Part shown: one piece after another, positions 58,213 to 63,747 of the stretch
Numbering within the stretch: position 1 is the stretch's first letter
How the letters are laid out: every line of letters begins with the position of its first letter
DNA from: an uncultured Bacilli bacterium
Lineage (GTDB): Bacteria > Bacillota_I > Bacilli_A > RF39 > UBA660
Assembly (NCBI GenBank): GCA_947624515.1
Contig: CANQKN010000002.1
Span: 1-63,747, forward strand
DNA length: 63,747 bases
Direction: 5' to 3'
Program-made: the position numbers and the translations under genes
The notes under the pieces: generated by a model
What the model was told of the DNA's origin: nothing
The model's database searches: none
What the model saw: the letters and a program-made list of their open reading frames with translations, nothing else

Positions 58213-58818
58213 TTAATTTCCTCCTCTTAACTTTTTCACTTTTTTGGCACCTTGCTGTTCTAATAGTAAATAAGCAGCATCCGTATATTGTTTACGATCA
58301 TGAATACCAGGAATCTCATAAGTTTCAATGGCATCTTCATGAACTCTAACTTCTACTTTTCGATTCACTTGATCAAAATAGTTCATCATAGAAATGACTC
58401 CATTTACGATACAAATATCGCTACAGCATCCAACGATATCAAATTCAGAAATATTACTTGCTTGGTCCATGGTTTCAATAAAACCAGGTGCTTCACGAAA
58501 ACTAGTACAGTTTTTTTCAAATGATAACGTATTTTCTTGATGTTCAAAATCTTTAAATTCATCAATTAATTCAGCTTCTTTGGTACCTCTTAAACAATGT
58601 CTAATATCACCAAACCGTTGATGTTCTACCGAATCTAATTCATGACAATCTTTAATAAAGACAATCAATTCTTCTTCTTTCTGATAATCATTAATTAATT
58701 CTAATTGTCGGCAAATGGTATGCTCAATATAGGGATCTGCTAAACCTCCTTCTCTTACAAAACCATTTACCATATCTACTATAATTAAGCACTTTTTATA
58801 AACTTTTAAATTCTTCAT
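58213..58818 (-). CDS. pncA: nicotinamidase (isochorismatase family)
   Basis: 201 aa; LIIVDMVNGF (Asp), RHCLRGTKEAEL, FEKN (Lys), GCCSDICI (Cys). Start overlaps the upstream stop (TAATG). Confidence 0.85.
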   Translation of the reverse strand: MKNLKVYKKCLIIVDMVNGFVREGGLADPYIEHTICRQLELINDYQKEEELIVFIKDCHELDSVEHQRFGDIRHCLRGTKEAELIDEFKDFEHQENTLSFEKNCTSFREAPGFIETMDQASNISEFDIVGCCSDICIVNGVISMMNYFDQVNRKVEVRVHEDAIETYEIPGIHDRKQYTDAAYLLLEQQGAKKVKKLRGGN

Positions 58819-59234
58819 TATGCCATTACTCCTTTTCTTTTTTTTTTATTTTTTGATTGAACAATTAAGTCCACACCATAAAAATTTGCTTTTTCGTTCA
58901 AGTGTTCAGCCATTCCATAGCCAGTCCAACGAGATTTTATTTCTGTACAATATTTCATCTCTTCTACCGTTAAGTTTTCCTGATCTAATACATATGTAAA
59001 TGCTTCTTTGACCATTGGTTCCGTTATCATGATTTCGGAACTTATTTTTTCTCCTAAAATTTCACGCGTATGTTGGAATACATTTTTCACAACAACTTTC
59101 TTATAAGGATTCCTGTTATATCCTGTTTCAATGATTTTAATAGTAGTGATTACTTCACCTTCCATACCTAGACATTCTTTGAAATAGAGTGTTAAAATTT
59201 TTTTCATTTGTTCTTCTGTAAAATTTATTTTCAT
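58818..59234 (-). CDS. hypothetical protein, first gene of the NAD salvage operon
   Basis: 138 aa from ATG 59234 (AGAAAGAGGGA SD). The track start at 59342 would run through the promoter. No motif recognised; Lys-rich tail. Confidence 0.6.
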   Translation of the reverse strand: MKINFTEEQMKKILTLYFKECLGMEGEVITTIKIIETGYNRNPYKKVVVKNVFQHTREILGEKISSEIMITEPMVKEAFTYVLDQENLTVEEMKYCTEIKSRWTGYGMAEHLNEKANFYGVDLIVQSKNKKKRKGVMA

Positions 59235-59300
59235 ATTATCCCTCTTTCTTTTTAACATTTTGTTAAAAACATTAAATATTTTTTTACAGATTTTTTCATC

Positions 59301-59339
59301 TGTTATTAACATTATATTAATAACAAAAACATTTGTCAA
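59301..59339 (-). promoter_or_regulatory. promoter of the NAD operon with overlapping 9-bp perfect inverted repeat (candidate NrtR operator)
   Basis: Minus strand TTGACA (59339-59334) - 17 nt - TATAAT (59316-59311). TGTTATTAA (59301-59309) and TTAATAACA (59317-59325) flank and cover the -10. Confidence 0.55.
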
Positions 59340-59395
59340 CACTTTTTTTAAAATTTTATAAAAAAAAAGATTTCAAACTAGCTAATTGAAATCTT

Positions 59396-61222
59396 TTACA
59401 ATTTTTTGATTCGAATGATAAAGGTATGAACAATTGATAATAAGGTAACACCAACATCTGCTAAAATAGCCATCCAAATAGAGGAAAATCCTAATAGTGC
59501 TAATAACAAAACTATAATTTTGATTGTTAAAGCAAAGAAAATATTATAGCTAACAACTTTCTTAGTAAATTTAGAAATCTGAATTGCTTTAGGTATCATG
59601 GATATATCGTCTTTCATCAATACAATATCACTTGCTTCAATAGTAATATCACTACCAATACCACCCATAGCAACTCCTAAAGTTGCAACTTTCATAGTAG
59701 GAGCATCATTCATACCATCACCTACAAAAATTACTCGATGATCTTTTGAAAGCACTTTTACCTTTTCTAATTTATCTTGAGGTAACAAAGAGGCAGAATA
59801 ATTAGTAATACCTACTTTTTTCGCAATATTTGCTACAATTTCTTCACGATCTCCTGATAGTATCAGTAAATTGGAAATTCCCATTTTTCGTAATTGAGTA
59901 ATTGTCAATTTGGCATTTTCTTTTACTTTATCACTAATCACAATATAGCCTAAATATTTTTCTTTAGTAGCAATATATACAATGGTTCCTACTTTATTTA
60001 CTGGAGAAAAAGAAATTTGATTTTCATTTAAAAATTTTTCATTACCTAAATAATAGATTTGATCTTGATAATTGGCTTTCATTCCTTTTCCACTTTCTTC
60101 TTTTAAAACCTGAACCTTTTTGCTATCTATTTTTTGTTTGTAAGCAGCAACAATGGATTTCGCAATAGGATGATTACTAAATGATTCACAAGAAGCTGCA
60201 ATTTTTAATAGATTAGTTTCTTTGGAAACAGGGCAAACTTCTGTTACTTGAAAATTTCCTTCTGTAATTGTTCCTGTTTTATCAAAAACAATAGTATCAA
60301 TAGTAGATAAGATATCTAGTTCATTGGAACCTTTTATTAAAATTCCTTCTTTACTACATCTTCCAATTCCTTGGAAAAAGCCAAGTGGTACAGAAATGAC
60401 TAAAGCACAAGGACAACTCATTACTAAAAATACTAAAGCATGATAGAAATTATGGGAAAAAGAAGAACCAAAGAAAAAGGGAATGAAAGTAATCAAAATA
60501 GCAAGTATTACTACAATAGGAGTATAAATTTTAGAAAACTTAGTAATAAATTTTTCTGTTTGTGTTTTTTTGTCATTAGAATGTTCCATTAAATTCACTA
60601 TTTTACTAGCCGTACTTGTTTCATAAGTAGAAGTTGCTTCGACTGTTAAAACACCTGTTAAATTTAACATTCCACTAAGTACTGAATCTCCACTTTTTTT
60701 ATAACAAGGAATAGATTCACCTGTCAAACTAGAAGTATCTAAGTTACTTTCACCATCCTGAATCATTCCATCCAAAGGAATGCGTTCTCCAGGTTTCACT
60801 TGAAATAAATCATGAATTTTAGCTTTTTCGGTTCCCACTGTGTGAATCTGATTTTTTTGAAGTAAGTGAATCGTATCACTTCGTAAATCCATTAACTTGG
60901 TAATACTATTTTTAGTATGATCTACTGCCATATCAGATAAATATTCACCAATTTGAAACAATAAGATAACAACTACTGCTTCAACATATTCTCCAATAAA
61001 AAAGGCTCCAATCGTAGCTAATATCATTAAAATATTTTCATCAAAAAATTCCCCTTCTTTTAGATTATGCAATGCATGAACATATATCTCAAAAGATACA
61101 ATAAGATAACTGAATAATAAAGTAATCAAATAAAGAAAAGAATATTTTTGTAATAAAAAAGAAAGCAAAAAGAAAAAAGTACTAATTATAATTTTTACGA
61201 AATCACTATTTAATTTTTTCAC
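59396..61222 (-). CDS. cadA: heavy-metal translocating P-type ATPase (Cd/Zn/Co type, no N-terminal HMA domain)
   Basis: 608 aa; CPC in SCPCALVISVP, DKTGTIT, GDGMNDAP, TGES. Confidence 0.92.
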   Translation of the reverse strand: MKKLNSDFVKIIISTFFFLLSFLLQKYSFLYLITLLFSYLIVSFEIYVHALHNLKEGEFFDENILMILATIGAFFIGEYVEAVVVILLFQIGEYLSDMAVDHTKNSITKLMDLRSDTIHLLQKNQIHTVGTEKAKIHDLFQVKPGERIPLDGMIQDGESNLDTSSLTGESIPCYKKSGDSVLSGMLNLTGVLTVEATSTYETSTASKIVNLMEHSNDKKTQTEKFITKFSKIYTPIVVILAILITFIPFFFGSSFSHNFYHALVFLVMSCPCALVISVPLGFFQGIGRCSKEGILIKGSNELDILSTIDTIVFDKTGTITEGNFQVTEVCPVSKETNLLKIAASCESFSNHPIAKSIVAAYKQKIDSKKVQVLKEESGKGMKANYQDQIYYLGNEKFLNENQISFSPVNKVGTIVYIATKEKYLGYIVISDKVKENAKLTITQLRKMGISNLLILSGDREEIVANIAKKVGITNYSASLLPQDKLEKVKVLSKDHRVIFVGDGMNDAPTMKVATLGVAMGGIGSDITIEASDIVLMKDDISMIPKAIQISKFTKKVVSYNIFFALTIKIIVLLLALLGFSSIWMAILADVGVTLLSIVHTFIIRIKKL

Positions 61223-61511
61223 CTTTTTCCTCCTTAATATGTTCTAATCCGTATTTTATAATAATTCGAATATGATCATCTGCCAAACGATAAGTAACTG
61301 TTTGACCATTTTTTTCTGTACTAACAACATTAGACATCCTTAGCATTTTTAATTGATGCGATATGGCAGATTGACTTACATTCAAAATATTAGATATTTC
61401 ACTAACACATTTTTCTTGATCCATCAGTAGTTCTAGAATGCGAATTCTAGTAGGATCTGCAAATATCTTAAAAAAATCACCTAATTTCGTTAACAACTCT
61501 TTACTCTCCAT
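61206..61511 (-). CDS. ArsR/SmtB family metalloregulator
   Basis: 101 aa; FKIFADPTRIRILELL, CVSEISNILNVSQSAISHQLKMLR wHTH. Confidence 0.9.
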   Translation of the reverse strand: MESKELLTKLGDFFKIFADPTRIRILELLMDQEKCVSEISNILNVSQSAISHQLKMLRMSNVVSTEKNGQTVTYRLADDHIRIIIKYGLEHIKEEKGEKIK

Positions 61512-61535
61512 TTATTTTATTCCTTTCTTATTATT

Positions 61536-61555
61536 ATATGAATAATTGTTCATAT
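61536..61555. promoter_or_regulatory. candidate ArsR/SmtB operator
   Basis: ATATGAATAA|TTGTTCATAT is a 20-bp palindrome with one mismatch, 25 nt upstream of the regulator start. Confidence 0.5.
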
Positions 61556-61571
61556 ATTCATGATATAACAA

Positions 61572-61596
61572 AAAGAAAAAGAAGTCAACTACTTCT
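61572..61596 (-). terminator. intrinsic terminator after the licD-like gene
   Basis: Minus strand AGAAGT-AGTTG-ACTTCT followed by TTTTCTTTTT; overlaps the stop codon. Confidence 0.55.
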
Positions 61597-62476
61597 TTGG
61601 ATTTTCCCCCTTTAAATTTAAATCACGAGTATGTTTAGGAACTCTTTTCGAAACAGGAAGTGTTTCTTCCCATTCTTTCCCATTCCATTTTTTTAAACAG
61701 TTAGGTCCATACCATTCTTTCATTACTTTTTCGATATTATTATAAGAATAAAATTGATTGTTTTCAAATTCATACTCTTTTACAGGATAAACATCTTTTC
61801 TTTCAAAAATAGGTTCATGTAAAAATTTTTCCCATGGATAAGATAAAGATTGAGAGATTAATTTACTATTTTTATGCCATTTCATACACTTTTTCGAAAA
61901 CCAATAAACAAAACTTTTAAATGGAATAGGATTAATATGTAAATTATCCAAAAGAACAATAAATAGCATATTAATTCTAACAACGATTCGTTCTAATTCA
62001 TCAATCCATTTATTTTCACAAACTCCACCATAAGGAATAATATCTACAAAAACCCCATCACCTTGCTTGCATCTATTTTTTAATAGAAAATTAACTTCTT
62101 CAATATAGGTTCCTCTTTTTCTTACTTTTACCCATGGACCAGCAATTGTGTTATAGCGTTTATCCGTTTCATAACAATCAAAGTAAAAATCTTTTTGTAA
62201 ATCGTTCTGTAATGCTTTAATCAATCTAGAATAATCTTCGATATCTACTGCAATATCCATATCATCATCCCATGGAATAAAGCCACCATAATTACAAATA
62301 CCTAAACTACTTCCTGCAATCAAAAAATATTTAATATCGTTTTTTCTACAAACACGATCGATTTCTTTCATAATACTTAATACTTCTTGTTGTAAGTCTT
62401 TAACAGGTATTTTATCTTTGCTTTTGGTTTCAATAAAATATTCATCTGTTTTTTTAATATATCCTTCTTTTTTCAT
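61589..62476 (-). CDS. LicD family phosphotransferase
   Basis: 295 aa; YFLIAGSSLG...GGFIPWDDDMDIAV motif. Confidence 0.85.
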   Translation of the reverse strand: MKKEGYIKKTDEYFIETKSKDKIPVKDLQQEVLSIMKEIDRVCRKNDIKYFLIAGSSLGICNYGGFIPWDDDMDIAVDIEDYSRLIKALQNDLQKDFYFDCYETDKRYNTIAGPWVKVRKRGTYIEEVNFLLKNRCKQGDGVFVDIIPYGGVCENKWIDELERIVVRINMLFIVLLDNLHINPIPFKSFVYWFSKKCMKWHKNSKLISQSLSYPWEKFLHEPIFERKDVYPVKEYEFENNQFYSYNNIEKVMKEWYGPNCLKKWNGKEWEETLPVSKRVPKHTRDLNLKGENPKK

Positions 62477-62485
62477 ATATTTCTC

Positions 62486-63553
62486 CTACTTCATTTCTTC
62501 TATTAAATCTTTAAAGCAAGTTAATAACATACTTTTTGTTTCTTTATCCATATTTCTGGTTTCTTGAATAATTTTAATGGTACTATTTAATTTTGATTTT
62601 TTAAATTCAGTAAAGTCATAAATATCTGCTTTTGCAAAAATTTGAAATAATGTATCTACAAACATTTTTCTTTTCTTATCATCGAGTTTATTTAACCAGT
62701 GAAAAACAGCTTGCTCAATTTTCTTACTAAAAGGACTGAGAGTAGTTCTTTTAAAATGATCATTTTCTACTTTCCAAGATAAAGCATCATGCTGTAGTAG
62801 TTTTTTATAAGTACTATCTACCACAATATAATTATCCGAATGTCTTAGAAGCATTCCAATAAAACATTCTTTTGGAACAAAACTCTTTAATTTAGGTAAC
62901 ACTTTTTGGTATTCCTTGCTTTCAAATTCTCTTTTTCGTAAACCCGGGCCATCATTATTAAAAATAGTTTTAATTTTATGACGAATGTGAGATTTGCAGA
63001 ACATTGCACTTACCAGAGCTAAATTTCCACCTTTGGAATGTCCACCAACATAAACTTTATGGCTAAAAAAGCCAATTACTTGATTCAAATAACGAATAGC
63101 TTCTAGTTGGGCATATGTAGGAAATTGATAACTAAACATAAAATCCTCTTTCCAACCGCTCACATAACCATCCGTTCCTTCATAGGAAACATAAATACTT
63201 CGATCAGGAAGTAAGATACATAAGGCCCCAAACTGCATATCAAAAGTAACTTTATATTCATAATTATAAAGATATAAATTTTGAAATCTTTTAGTCTCAG
63301 ATAATTCACGAAGTAAATAGCAGGAATTTTTGACGGACCAAATATTACGATCGATTTCTGCTTTAGAGTATTTTTGAAAAAATAAACTACTTGCTTCTTG
63401 AAGGGTAATTTTTCCTTGCTTTCTTTTAGGAACAATGCCATCTAAATCAACATAAGAAATCAAAGATAAAATGACATTATCGACTTCATTAAATTCTCTT
63501 TCTAAAAAAGTATAATTCCCATAATCTTTTAAATAGGTATGGATGGTTTGCAT
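62486..63553 (-). CDS. Mbeg1-like / DUF2974 alpha/beta-hydrolase protein
   Basis: 355 aa; YVSYEGTDGYVSGWKEDF and nucleophile elbow GGHSKGGNLA. Confidence 0.8.
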   Translation of the reverse strand: MQTIHTYLKDYGNYTFLEREFNEVDNVILSLISYVDLDGIVPKRKQGKITLQEASSLFFQKYSKAEIDRNIWSVKNSCYLLRELSETKRFQNLYLYNYEYKVTFDMQFGALCILLPDRSIYVSYEGTDGYVSGWKEDFMFSYQFPTYAQLEAIRYLNQVIGFFSHKVYVGGHSKGGNLALVSAMFCKSHIRHKIKTIFNNDGPGLRKREFESKEYQKVLPKLKSFVPKECFIGMLLRHSDNYIVVDSTYKKLLQHDALSWKVENDHFKRTTLSPFSKKIEQAVFHWLNKLDDKKRKMFVDTLFQIFAKADIYDFTEFKKSKLNSTIKIIQETRNMDKETKSMLLTCFKDLIEEMK

Positions 63554-63627
63554 GATATCAACTCCATATTTTATATTATACTATAAAATCTATATTTTCA
63601 AACAAAAAAGAATAAACTCTTCTTATT

Positions 63628-63747
63628 TTATAATTCTTTTTGAATCCAAGTCATAATAACTGCTACAATATAATCAATTTCTTTTGAAGTGAGTTCACGA
63701 TTAGGAGGAATTTTATGCCATTGATATAAGCAATTTCTACAACAGGT
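63628..63747 (-). CDS. partial CDS (C-terminal 39 codons), function unknown
   Basis: Open frame to the window edge, ...TCCRNCLYQWHKIPPNRELTSKEIDYIVAVIMTWIQKEL*; truncated by the window. Confidence 0.4.
   Translation of the reverse strand, partial: TCCRNCLYQWHKIPPNRELTSKEIDYIVAVIMTWIQKEL

Noticed and set aside
58288-58524. 78-aa ORF antisense to pncA
   Set aside because: Embedded antisense ORF.
59235-59395. Possible NAD+ riboswitch (nadA or pnuC motif class) in front of the NAD operon
   Set aside because: The leader between the -10 and the SD is only about 70 nt of A/T-rich sequence. It lacks the paired GC-containing stems expected for these riboswitch classes. A protein operator (NrtR) explains the region better.
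63160-63441. 93-aa same-strand alternative-frame ORF inside the Mbeg1-like gene
   Set aside because: A shadow frame; the main frame carries the GxSxG hydrolase motif.
1-63747. CRISPR arrays, IS elements or transposases, rRNA genes, and named defence systems (RM, Abi, CBASS, Thoeris, retron and similar)
   Set aside because: No regularly spaced direct repeats, no transposase, integrase or reverse-transcriptase-like ORFs, and no diagnostic motifs (SIR2/TIR, cyclase, methyltransferase or endonuclease pairs) were seen in any frame. Absence is judged by eye only.

Overview
Strongly AT-rich chromosomal segment from a spore-forming low-GC Bacillota. Gene content and surface-protein types suggest an Erysipelotrichia- or Clostridia-like organism, but that is inference only. 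No homology search was possible, so every product call rests on motifs read from the translations. About 60 credible CDSs are present, most on the minus strand, plus 2 tRNAs, one T-box leader and several intrinsic terminators. No rRNA, CRISPR array or transposase was seen. The backbone is housekeeping. It includes mutL-orf-miaA, uvrC, and the conserved yqfC-yqfD-ybeY-dgkA-cdd-era-yqzL-recO block. In that block a VanZ gene sits where phoH/pgpH lie in Bacillus, and YfhO plus LOG are inserted before glyQS. Further housekeeping genes are trxB, murC, ppiB, mtnN, rlmD-like, a gerA-type germinant receptor operon (A-C-B order), and a cadC/cadA-like metal efflux pair. A complete NAD salvage operon (pncA-pncB-nudix-nadE-nadD-pncC) ends in an NrtR-type regulator. 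Accessory and surface content includes a class B sortase convergent with an NPKTG-anchored protein and a DUF285/BspA-type LRR protein with a TasA/SipW-like signal. There is also a cohesin/cadherin-like surface protein and an orphan 732-aa prepilin-like protein with a 26-Cys C-terminal module. The least ordinary stretch is about 44.8-49.6 kb. It holds a homopolymer-disrupted zinc-ribbon gene and an isolated holin/M23-endolysin cassette. Next to these lie an atypical tRNA-Thr whose 3' end is duplicated about 0.9 kb downstream around a single-gene islet, and a promoter-to-terminator unit that looks like a small RNA. No recognisable named defence system was identified. The candidates flagged are hypotheses that need database and structural checks.
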